IMG/VR virus record: IMGVR_UViG_3300044712_001045
Location: 1 to 35,208 of that record
Reading direction: 5' to 3' (one strand)
Length of the DNA: 35,208 nt
Source of the DNA: a virus
Below, piece after piece: positions 24,551 to 31,379 of this stretch. The notes beneath the pieces are model-generated. The model was not told the origin of the DNA, searched no databases, and was given only the letters and a program-made list of their open reading frames with translations. The translations under genes were made by a program, and so were the position numbers. The first letter of the stretch is position 1. The number at the start of each line of letters is the position of its first letter.

Positions 24551-26790
24551 ACAGAAGCCTCCGCAAACAGAGGAAGTTCTTCGCGCTCGACGTACTTCTC
24601 GACCGTGCGAAGGTTGGCGCATGCCTGCCGCCAGTAGCTCTCCTTGAGCTCGGCCCCGATAAAGCGCCGCCCCATCTTGAGAGCCTCGTAGCCCTCGCTT
24701 CCGATACCCGTGAAAGGCGAGAAGACCAGATCATCGCTCGCGGTCCAAATCTGGAGTGCCCTGTGGATCACCTGTAGTTGCAGGGGAGCGATGTGCCGCT
24801 CGTCCTTCTCCTCGCGAGCACTCGCCTTTTGCAGTGTGTCACTCGGATTGATATCCATCCATACAGGCGAGGCGTACCGCTGCCAGACATCTATCGAAAA
24901 CCGCCCCTCGCTCTTGAACCCGTCGCCCTCGAAATGATCGAACTCGCCAGCGATAGGCTTGGTGTTCTCGCCGGGCTTACGCATCGTCACGAGGTAGTCT
25001 GGCACTCCCTGCCGCGACATCGACGAGTCCTTGACGATCTGCTTGTGTAGCAAGCCGAGCGCCTTTGTGCGCTGCATAGCCGTCACCGGGTCTTTCCAGA
25101 TCACAACCTCGGAGTGATAAATGAACCCGCGCGCCTCAAATGCTCTGATCAGGTCTCCTCGGAAGTCGCGTAGTCCGATGTAGCCATTGTGAGCCTTGCT
25201 GGTAGGAAGGTTCATGCAGTGGAAAGACACGAGCCGTCCCGAGCGCAAGACGCGGTACAGCTCGTCTACCAGAAACCCGAAGTGCGCCGAAAACTCGTCG
25301 TAGTCCTTGCTGTTGCCCATGTCCTGGGCGAGATCGGTGTAGGTGTACAGCGAGGCAAACGGAGGCGAGAAGATCGAGTAGTCGATGCTCTCGGAAGCGA
25401 GACCGCGCGCGACCTCGACGCAATCTCCAAGGTGAACTGTCCATCCATCACCAGTCGCAACTTCGCGCTTGTACTCGCTCACTTGTTTCCTCTCCATGCC
25501 GCGCACGTTCTCGCGGTTGATGTAGCGCATGTGCCTGAGCATCCCGTCTACCATCGCGGCGGCCTGCTTCTCCTTGCGTTCGATGTTCCGCACCACAGCG
25601 CCCTCGCGGTCGCTCGTCACCACATAGACATCAACTGGCGACTTCTGGCCGAACCTCCAGCAGCGGCGCACGGCTTGGTACAGCGCCTCGAAGGAATCCG
25701 ACAAGCCGACGAAGGCCATGCTGTGGCAGTGCTGCCAGTTCATCCCATGGCCCGCAATTGAAGGCTTTGTCACGAGCACGCGCACGCTGCCGTCGCTGAA
25801 ACCGAGCATCCTGCGCTCTTTGTCCTCAATTGTGTCTGAGCCGCGAATCTCTACGGCACCGTTGATCGCCTCTGCGAGCGCACCACTCTCGTCGTTTAGG
25901 TCGCACCAGATAAGCCACGGCTCAGACGATGCGTTGACGAGATCGGCCACGATAGCCGTGCGCCTGTCTATGGTGTCGCGACGCGCCGAGCGCCTCTCCT
26001 GTAGCGTCTTCGCCTCTGACACAAAAAGCTCATCCGCGCCAGGGGCGCCCTCGACTACCAGTTGGTGCATGTTGAGCGGCGGGAGCTTAAAGTTGCCGTC
26101 ATCGTAGCCGAGGTCCGACGGCATCCTGAGCATGACCGCCCAGGAGCAAAGCCACTGCCAGAAGTCGCTTTCAGCGTGGCCTTTGAGCCGCCATTTCTGA
26201 GTCTCGCCGCCGTCGTGGACAAAAAACATCGACAGCATCTCGGTGTAGGACAGCGCCCCGACAAACTCGGAGTGAGACCCGAGCTCCATGTGATCGTTGG
26301 GCGCAGGCGTGGCGGTGCAAGCAAGCTTGAACCGAGTATGCTTGAAAGAGTCGATGATGTAGTTGCGGTACTTGCGGTCCTTGCCCTTGAGGATGCCAGA
26401 CTCGTCGAGCACGACTCCCGTGTATGACGAAGTGTCGAACCGCTCGAGGCGCTCGTAGTTGGTAATCGTGATCTGGCCCATGCGCTTGCCGTCGAGCGAG
26501 TAGCCGATATCATAGTCGCCAAAGTCGTGCGCGAGTCTGACTGTCTGCTTGGCTACGGCGAGCGGGGCGGAAATCAGCACATCGCCTGGGATGTTGCGCG
26601 CCCATTCGAGCTGCATCATCGTCTTGCCCATGCCAGTGTCAGCGAAGATGCACGCGCGCCCGCGCTTGAGCGCCCACCGGGTGATGTCGCGCTGGAAGTC
26701 GAAAAGCTTAGGCGAAAGGTCTGGAGGATTGTCGAGCCCGGTAGGGCTATCGACAACTGCTTTTGTCTTCAAGAAGTCATTGTATGTCAT
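24547..26790 (-). CDS. Fusion protein, 747 aa: N-terminal SF2/SNF2-like helicase and C-terminal beta-class DNA methyltransferase
   Basis: Helicase motifs: FADTGMGKT (I), VVLDESG (II), CTATP (III), QAVRRCWRFGQ (VI). MTase motifs: motif IV SPPF (25357-25368) lies upstream of motif I VFSPFTGIGSEG, which is the beta-class order. Confidence 0.8.
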   Translation of the reverse strand: MTYNDFLKTKAVVDSPTGLDNPPDLSPKLFDFQRDITRWALKRGRACIFADTGMGKTMMQLEWARNIPGDVLISAPLAVAKQTVRLAHDFGDYDIGYSLDGKRMGQITITNYERLERFDTSSYTGVVLDESGILKGKDRKYRNYIIDSFKHTRFKLACTATPAPNDHMELGSHSEFVGALSYTEMLSMFFVHDGGETQKWRLKGHAESDFWQWLCSWAVMLRMPSDLGYDDGNFKLPPLNMHQLVVEGAPGADELFVSEAKTLQERRSARRDTIDRRTAIVADLVNASSEPWLIWCDLNDESGALAEAINGAVEIRGSDTIEDKERRMLGFSDGSVRVLVTKPSIAGHGMNWQHCHSMAFVGLSDSFEALYQAVRRCWRFGQKSPVDVYVVTSDREGAVVRNIERKEKQAAAMVDGMLRHMRYINRENVRGMERKQVSEYKREVATGDGWTVHLGDCVEVARGLASESIDYSIFSPPFASLYTYTDLAQDMGNSKDYDEFSAHFGFLVDELYRVLRSGRLVSFHCMNLPTSKAHNGYIGLRDFRGDLIRAFEARGFIYHSEVVIWKDPVTAMQRTKALGLLHKQIVKDSSMSRQGVPDYLVTMRKPGENTKPIAGEFDHFEGDGFKSEGRFSIDVWQRYASPVWMDINPSDTLQKASAREEKDERHIAPLQLQVIHRALQIWTASDDLVFSPFTGIGSEGYEALKMGRRFIGAELKESYWRQACANLRTVEKYVEREELPLFAEASV

Positions 26791-27080
26791 ACCGCCACCC
26801 TATCCCTCTCGTGGGCAGCCTCCAGGCGTGCGGTCATCCTGGGGTAGAGCCTCGCGAACTTCTGCTCCCCGTACTGGTGGATCTCGTTGTGGTGCGTGGT
26901 GCAGAGGGCCAACAAGTTGGTGGAGTCGTCGTCCCCCCCGGCGCCCCGGGTGCGGATGTGGTGGGGGGCGTCACTGTGCAGCCCGCAGATTTCGCACCTC
27001 GAATGCCCAATCCAAAACCGGGTGTACTCCTCGCTGTAGCCGTACTTGGCGCAGTGTGCCGTGATGTAGTCGATCATCAT
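26787..27080 (-). CDS. HNH endonuclease, 97 aa
   Basis: CEICG...APHHIRTRGAGGDDDSTNLLALCTTHHNEIH. ATGA overlaps at both ends. Confidence 0.75.
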   Translation of the reverse strand: MMIDYITAHCAKYGYSEEYTRFWIGHSRCEICGLHSDAPHHIRTRGAGGDDDSTNLLALCTTHHNEIHQYGEQKFARLYPRMTARLEAAHERDRVAV

Positions 27081-27400
27081 TTTGCGTCGTCTCCTTCGAT
27101 GAGGTTGATGTCGAGCTCGTCGGCTATCTGGTGCAGCTCCTCGATCAGGTAGCCCGCCTGCTCGGTGTCGATGCGTGTCTGGCTCCAGGGAACGATGATC
27201 CCGCCGGCCCAGATGTCGATGGGGTAGCCCCTCTTGGTGGCCCGCAGCTTGGCGAACTCCACCACCTCGCCTACCTCGTGCCCGGTATGCTCTGCGATCT
27301 GCTGGGCGTGGCCGTGGACGTGGTTGTTCTGGCTGCGGGCCCCGGTGCTGCGCGGGCGCCTGAGCCCCGGCAGCACCTGTCCGCAAGAGGGGCAGCGCAT
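27077..27400 (-). CDS. NinB-like recombination/ssDNA-binding protein, 107 aa, with an N-terminal Zn-ribbon
   Basis: MRCPSCG, then RSQNNHVHGHAQQIAEHTG and SQTRIDTEQAGYLIEELHQIADELDI. These parallel lambda NinB RSLDQNRKLWACLGDVS and STSRMRVGEFAELLELIQAFG. By-eye similarity only. Confidence 0.4.
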   Translation of the reverse strand: MRCPSCGQVLPGLRRPRSTGARSQNNHVHGHAQQIAEHTGHEVGEVVEFAKLRATKRGYPIDIWAGGIIVPWSQTRIDTEQAGYLIEELHQIADELDINLIEGDDAK

Positions 27401-27660
27401 CAGTAGACCCGCTCCTTCTTGGCGAAGAGGGCGTCGTAGCACTCCTCGCTTTCCTTCAGGCGCTTCACCAGGGCCACCTCGAGGTGCGTGGCGTCCCGAA
27501 CGAAGTACCTCCGGCCCTTGCTGTCCTTGCCGTGCACCTCGCCGTCCTCGCTCTCGAGGTAGATGGTGATCTCGTAGCCGCCTTCGAGGTCTTCCACGAG
27601 GTAGCTCGGGTTCTTGGGCGTCTCCGCCTCGCCGCAGCCGATGACTCCGTGGTCGCTCAC
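27400..27660 (-). CDS. Hypothetical protein, 86 aa
   Basis: GTG 27660 overlaps the upstream TGA (GTGA). The longer track ORF N-terminus overlaps the upstream gene. Confidence 0.5.
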   Translation of the reverse strand: MSDHGVIGCGEAETPKNPSYLVEDLEGGYEITIYLESEDGEVHGKDSKGRRYFVRDATHLEVALVKRLKESEECYDALFAKKERVY

Positions 27661-27911
27661 TTGATCCCCCTCGCCCTCTTCACCGCGGCGAGAGCCAGCC
27701 GGGTGTCCCCGCTGGCGGCCATCTCGCCCGCCCATGCCTGCTCGCACTCCGCGTCGATGCGCTCGATCTGCTGCTCCGTGAGTGTGAGGTCCGACTTGCC
27801 GTGCCTGATCACCGTCGAGGACTTTGACCCGCCCGATACCGGGTCGTCGCCGACCCAGTATCGGAGAGTCGCCATCCTGTCGCCGGGGTTGTGCAGGTAT
27901 CCACCCATCAT
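27657..27911 (-). CDS. Hypothetical protein, 84 aa
   Basis: ORF 10 nt downstream of the SSB-like gene stop. Confidence 0.5.
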   Translation of the reverse strand: MMGGYLHNPGDRMATLRYWVGDDPVSGGSKSSTVIRHGKSDLTLTEQQIERIDAECEQAWAGEMAASGDTRLALAAVKRARGIK

Positions 27912-27921
27912 GGCTTGCCCC

Positions 27922-28476
27922 CTAGAACGGGATGTCGTCCTCGAAGTCGTCGGCCGCCTTGCCGCCCGGCTCGCCGGGGAGCCCTTCCTTGACCAGCAGC
28001 TTCTTGATCCAGTCGGGCTGGTAGTCGCGGGGCAGCTCGGGGGTCATCGCCTCGGGCCCGCCTTCCTTGCGCTTGAAGGGGGCCACGGCGGCGATGGTGG
28101 TGGTGATCTTGCCGTCGGGCTTGGTCTTGGCGACGATGTTAAGCCAGCAGTTGGCGCCGATCACCTTCTCGACGTCGAAGGCCTTGAGCTCCGCCTCGGT
28201 GAACTCCCGCCCGCGCCAGGAGACCAGGTCGGCGCGGAGGTTCGCCTTCTCGTTGAGGGAGGCGGTGTAGAACTTGCTGATGGTGAACCGCTTCCCGGCG
28301 AAGTCGCCGGTCTTGATGGTCTCCTCGAGCTCCCAGAGGATCACGAGCTTGTGGGTGATCACGCCCTGGTAGCCCGGCTGCAGGCCGAGGTCGTAGACGT
28401 TCGAGCAGACCGCCTGGTGCATCCCCGGGTCGGGCCGCTGGAAGTCGCCGCCGTTTTCCTTTACGATGATTGCCAT
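27922..28476 (-). CDS. Single-stranded DNA-binding protein, 184 aa (DUF669/gp2.5-like), with an acidic C-terminal tail
   Basis: The C-terminus AADDFEDDIPF matches the SSB-type D-D-(D)-I-P-F interaction tail. Strong GGAGGTG RBS 6 nt upstream of the ATG. Confidence 0.6.
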   Translation of the reverse strand: MAIIVKENGGDFQRPDPGMHQAVCSNVYDLGLQPGYQGVITHKLVILWELEETIKTGDFAGKRFTISKFYTASLNEKANLRADLVSWRGREFTEAELKAFDVEKVIGANCWLNIVAKTKPDGKITTTIAAVAPFKRKEGGPEAMTPELPRDYQPDWIKKLLVKEGLPGEPGGKAADDFEDDIPF

Positions 28477-28490
28477 CTCGCACCTCCGTG

Positions 28491-28542
28491 TCAGAAAAAC
28501 CCGGCCCGGGGGACTTGCTTGCCGGCTGCCCCCGGGTCCGGG
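28491..28542 (-). terminator. Intrinsic terminator between the immediate-early trio and the SSB-like gene
   Basis: Minus strand reads CCCGGaCCCGGGG-18 nt loop-CCCCGGGCCGGG followed by TTTTTCTGA. Confidence 0.65.
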
Positions 28543-28593
28543 GAGGTGCGATCAGAACACCCTTTCGGATGCCCTGACCACACCACACCTCCG

Positions 28594-28749
28594 CTACTGG
28601 TGCCGGGTTGCCGCCCGGCGGGGCCTCCTTTGAGTCCTGACTGAGCTGGCCACTTTTTCGGGCGCCACGGGGTCGCCACCGATGGAGACCAGACCCCAGG
28701 CGCACAAGAACACGAAGACAAGGGCGGCGAGAGCCAGCCAGCCGGTCAT
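28594..28749 (-). CDS. Small membrane protein, 51 aa (below the ORF-track cut-off)
   Basis: MTGWLALAALVFVFLCAWGLVSIGG... has one TM segment followed by a basic tail. ATG overlaps the HNH stop (ATGA). Confidence 0.5.
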   Translation of the reverse strand: MTGWLALAALVFVFLCAWGLVSIGGDPVAPEKVASSVRTQRRPRRAATRHQ

Positions 28750-29030
28750 GCGGACACCCTCTGGTGGATCTCCCGGTGGTGCACCCTGCAGAGCCAGCGC
28801 ACATCCAGCGGGCGGGCGTAGTCGTCGTGGTGGGCGTCGGTGCGGGGGTTGCCGCAGACCTCGCAGGGCTGGCGCTCCATCCTGCCGGCGCGGATCTCCA
28901 CGAAGACGGTGTTGTGGGCCCTCACCTTCTCGGGGTTCATGCCGTAGTAGGCCTGCATCCTCTCGCGGACGTGCTGGCCCCGGCGGCGGTAGTAGGCCCT
29001 GGCCTTCTCGCGGAGGGCTTCCCTGGTCAC
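28746..29030 (-). CDS. HNH endonuclease, 94 aa
   Basis: CEVCGNPRTDAHHDDYARPLDVRWLCRVHHREIH. GTG 29030 overlaps the RHH stop (GTGA). The upstream part of the track ORF overlaps the RHH gene in another frame. Confidence 0.7.
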   Translation of the reverse strand: MTREALREKARAYYRRRGQHVRERMQAYYGMNPEKVRAHNTVFVEIRAGRMERQPCEVCGNPRTDAHHDDYARPLDVRWLCRVHHREIHQRVSA

Positions 29031-29212
29031 CGTGTCCCTTCCTTCCGCTCGCGCTCGAGCCGCGCCAGCCCGTCGTCCACGAGGCGCAGGACGAGCTGCC
29101 GCATGGACTGCCTCTGGGACTTGGCGATGGAGACCATGCGGGCGTGGAGCTTGCGGTCGAAGGGGATGTTGATTTGGACCTTGGGGGCCGTGCTTTCCAG
29201 TACGTGTGCCAT
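29027..29212 (-). CDS. Ribbon-helix-helix (CopG/Arc-like) regulator, 61 aa, first gene of the early operon
   Basis: KVQINIPFDRKLHARMVSIAKSQRQSMRQLVLRLV fits a strand-helix-helix pattern. The ATG lies 7 nt after a TATAAA box. Confidence 0.65.
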   Translation of the reverse strand: MAHVLESTAPKVQINIPFDRKLHARMVSIAKSQRQSMRQLVLRLVDDGLARLERERKEGTR

Positions 29213-29219
29213 ACTTAGG

Positions 29220-29249
29220 TTTATAGCACGGTGAAGTTGCCTTTGTCAA
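29220..29249 (-). promoter_or_regulatory. Sigma70-type early promoter TTGACA-18 nt-TATAAA, predicted to give a leaderless RHH mRNA
   Basis: On the minus strand, TTGACA is at 29249-29244 and TATAAA at 29225-29220, with 7 nt (CCTAAGT) to ATG 29212 and no SD. The local AT-rich island contrasts with the GC-rich genome. Confidence 0.55.
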
Positions 29250-29294
29250 TAGCACCTTAAAAGTTTTCTCCAAGGTTGACAACGGTGCTGCTAT
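29223..29294. promoter_or_regulatory. Candidate operator half-sites ATAGCAC(C/G) overlapping the -10 and -35 boxes, plus an inverted variant
   Basis: Plus-strand ATAGCAC occurs at 29223-29229 and 29249-29255, 26 nt apart. GGTGCTGCTAT is at 29284-29294 in the opposite orientation. Confidence 0.35.
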
Positions 29295-29396
29295 GGCTCT
29301 TTCCTATTGGCGATTCGGGCTTACGGGCAGCATATGATGGCCGGAAGGGCCGTCAGATGCGACTTTTTATGCAAGCATCTGTGTAGTGGTTTGAGC

Positions 29397-29438
29397 ACAA
29401 AAAGCCCCCGGGCGGTCGCCAACGGCGTTCCCGGGGGC
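29397..29438 (-). terminator. Intrinsic terminator ending the late operon
   Basis: Minus strand reads GCCCCCGGG-17 nt loop-CCCGGGGGC followed by TTTTTGT, about 60 nt after the metallophosphoesterase stop. Confidence 0.65.
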
Positions 29439-29497
29439 AAGGAGACGCTGGACCGGGGCACTGGGCCGGCCCCAGGGGCGGCAACCCCTGGTGCGGG

Positions 29498-30349
29498 TCA
29501 GGCCCTCCTCAGGATGTCCCTGGCAAGGGTGATCCTGCCATCATTCTCGACCTTCGGCCTGTAGAGGACGAAAGCGCACCCTTGGCTCTGGGGCTGGTAG
29601 AACCGCTCCCGGGGCCAGTCGGCCACGTATCCCGTCTCCTCGTATCGATCCTCCGACTCTGCCCCGTCGTAGCCCGCCGTGAAGAACGGCAAGACCGTCC
29701 TCATCACGAGGCCCGAGACCTTGTTGATCTCCCGAACCCGCGGCGTGTCTGAAACGTTGGTGTGCTTGTGTCCCAGCCAGTAGACGTCTGCCCTGTTGCC
29801 GGCGATCACCCGGTTGAGGTCGATCATCCCCCTGGTGACGGGTGAAGCCCCACCGGAGCCGTGGTGCCAGTACCAGATCTCGCGCACGGACCGGGTCTTG
29901 CCAGAGGCGAACCGCAGAAGGATGAACCCGGTGTAGCCTCCGTGGCGGATGTGAGGGAGGCTCTTGGCCCGCTTCTCCTGGAGCCTGCAGCGGAGCCTGT
30001 TCACCAGGTCCGTGTAGTCGTACAGGAGGGCCGTCACCTCGTGGTTTCCGAGGCCGATCACGTCGATGTTGTCCCGGTAGGGCATCAACACCTCCGCGGC
30101 CTGGTCAACCAGTTGGTCTATGAGGGCATCGGTTTGCCCGCGGCGGTGAGCTCCACTTGACCTTTTGTCGGATGGCATGATTGCCGTGAACAGGTCGCCG
30201 GCGATGAACATCCTGGCGTTCATCTCGGCGCCGCGGTCCAAGTCGGCAAGCATTGCCTTGCGATCGTGGCTGGGGCTGTCGATGTGGAGGTCGGAGTAGC
30301 ACCCTATCGTCAAGGGCTCGCAGGGGAACTCGAGTTGTACTACCGTCAT
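29498..30349 (-). CDS. Calcineurin-like metallophosphoesterase, 283 aa
   Basis: The full motif set is present: SDLHID, GDLF, GNHE, HHG, GHKH. ATG 30349 overlaps the upstream TGA (ATGA). Confidence 0.75.
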   Translation of the reverse strand: MTVVQLEFPCEPLTIGCYSDLHIDSPSHDRKAMLADLDRGAEMNARMFIAGDLFTAIMPSDKRSSGAHRRGQTDALIDQLVDQAAEVLMPYRDNIDVIGLGNHEVTALLYDYTDLVNRLRCRLQEKRAKSLPHIRHGGYTGFILLRFASGKTRSVREIWYWHHGSGGASPVTRGMIDLNRVIAGNRADVYWLGHKHTNVSDTPRVREINKVSGLVMRTVLPFFTAGYDGAESEDRYEETGYVADWPRERFYQPQSQGCAFVLYRPKVENDGRITLARDILRRA

Positions 30350-30738
30350 CCCCCGAGCACCGCCACGAGGATGGCCGTCAGCCCGGCCCCGACAGCGAGC
30401 CCCAGGCATCCGGCGGTGAGAAGCGAGCCAAGGGCCGGGGGTGGCCGGGTGATGCGTGCCCTGGCCTGCGGCACCTGGATGCGGTATCGCAGCACACCGT
30501 CCACGGAGATCTCCAGTGGCTCGGCGTAGGCTACCGCCTCCGTGTCCGTCACCGCCACCACGATGGTCCCGCCCGTGATGACCGGCACGGCCCGCTCGAT
30601 GGCGTCAAGGGCCAGCACGTCAGCCGCGGCGAGGTCCGGACGCTCCCTGACGTAGGCCGCGGCCTCCTCGGGGGTCAGGGCCGCGAGCCTACCGCAGAGC
30701 AGCGCGGCGGTTGCGAGCGGTATGCACCACCTCAACAC
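30346..30738 (-). CDS. Membrane protein, 130 aa, with an N-terminal signal/anchor and a C-terminal TM segment (spanin-like)
   Basis: IPLATAALLCG at the N-terminus and LGLAVGAGLTAILVAVLGG at the C-terminus. GGGAGGGG RBS. Its start overlaps the previous gene by 50 nt out of frame, as in overlapped spanin pairs. There is no canonical lipobox. Confidence 0.45.
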   Translation of the reverse strand: MLRWCIPLATAALLCGRLAALTPEEAAAYVRERPDLAAADVLALDAIERAVPVITGGTIVVAVTDTEAVAYAEPLEISVDGVLRYRIQVPQARARITRPPPALGSLLTAGCLGLAVGAGLTAILVAVLGG

Positions 30739-31018
30739 TCCACCCCTCCCTCGAGGCCCCGATCGCCCTCAGGTCGTCCGCAGTGATCCCCTCGGGCAGC
30801 TTCACCCGCACCGGGGGCCCGTCGGGCTGCAGCACGTCCACCCGGGCGGGGTCTCCTATCACCCGCAGCCACCCGCGCTTGCGGGCTGGCGACACGAAGT
30901 CCACCACCGCGGCCACCGCCTCGACGACCTGGCGCCGTGCCACGAAGGCAAGCGCCATGAGGCCGGCGATGGTGGCAAGCCAGAGGCCGAGGGTCCGCAC
31001 CCAGCCGGGCAGCCTCAC
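30689..31018 (-). CDS. Type II membrane protein, 109 aa (i-spanin-like)
   Basis: N-terminal TM segment LGLWLATIAGLMALAFV followed by a soluble domain. GTG 31018 overlaps the upstream TGA (GTGA). Confidence 0.45.
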   Translation of the reverse strand: MRLPGWVRTLGLWLATIAGLMALAFVARRQVVEAVAAVVDFVSPARKRGWLRVIGDPARVDVLQPDGPPVRVKLPEGITADDLRAIGASREGWSVEVVHTARNRRAALR

Positions 31019-31203
31019 GTGCGGGTCACCGCTGTCACGCCCAGGACGAGGGTGGCTGAGCCGAGGAACGTGCTCACCATCCCGGTGTCCCTGGTGGTGA
31101 AGGCGATCACCACCGCCACCACCAGGCACCCGCAGGCGTAGAGACGCTTCATCGACCAGTCCCCCGCCTCGTCCTTGAGGAAGGTGACGCCCTTCTCAGG
31201 CAT
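31015..31203 (-). CDS. Small two-TM membrane protein, 62 aa (holin/antiholin-like)
   Basis: Two hydrophobic segments (CGCLVVAVVIAFT, FLGSATLVLGVTAV). Located in the lysis cluster. Confidence 0.5.
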   Translation of the reverse strand: MPEKGVTFLKDEAGDWSMKRLYACGCLVVAVVIAFTTRDTGMVSTFLGSATLVLGVTAVTRT

Positions 31204-31378
31204 CGGGAAGCGTCACCGAGAGGCCGATCACCCCGGCCACCGCGCTGACGATGGTCAGGACCGTGGGAACCCACCCGGGCGCGACGTTGAACGCGAGGGT
31301 GATGATCCCCACGCCGAGGAACAGCACCCCGGTCACGATGAACCCGAGCCCCTTCTTCTGGCGGTCGTTGAGAGCCAT
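31196..31378 (-). CDS. Small two-TM membrane protein, 60 aa (holin-like)
   Basis: GFIVTGVLFLGVGIITLAF and VPTVLTIVSAVAGVIGL. AAGGAGA RBS is embedded in the end of the endolysin gene. Confidence 0.5.
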   Translation of the reverse strand: MALNDRQKKGLGFIVTGVLFLGVGIITLAFNVAPGWVPTVLTIVSAVAGVIGLSVTLPDA

Positions 31379-31379
31379 G

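Noticed and set aside
28746-29212. Reading the translationally coupled RHH plus HNH pair as a type II toxin-antitoxin module
   Set aside because: The architecture of a small RHH followed by a coupled gene fits superficially. However, this HNH type (CxxCG...HH-DY-x-PL-x-x-x-WLC-x-x-HH) is a common stand-alone phage nuclease, and the RHH sits at the early promoter with matching operator-like repeats. Regulator plus nuclease is the simpler reading. This remains untested.
29307-29564. Plus-strand 85-aa ORF in the region between the late terminator and the early promoter, which might have been a divergently transcribed repressor
   Set aside because: It has no RBS and a low-complexity Gly/Ala/Pro sequence. 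It overlaps the terminator hairpins and the 3' end of the metallophosphoesterase gene. The plus-strand TTGACA at 29275-29280 has no acceptable -10 box at 16-18 nt.
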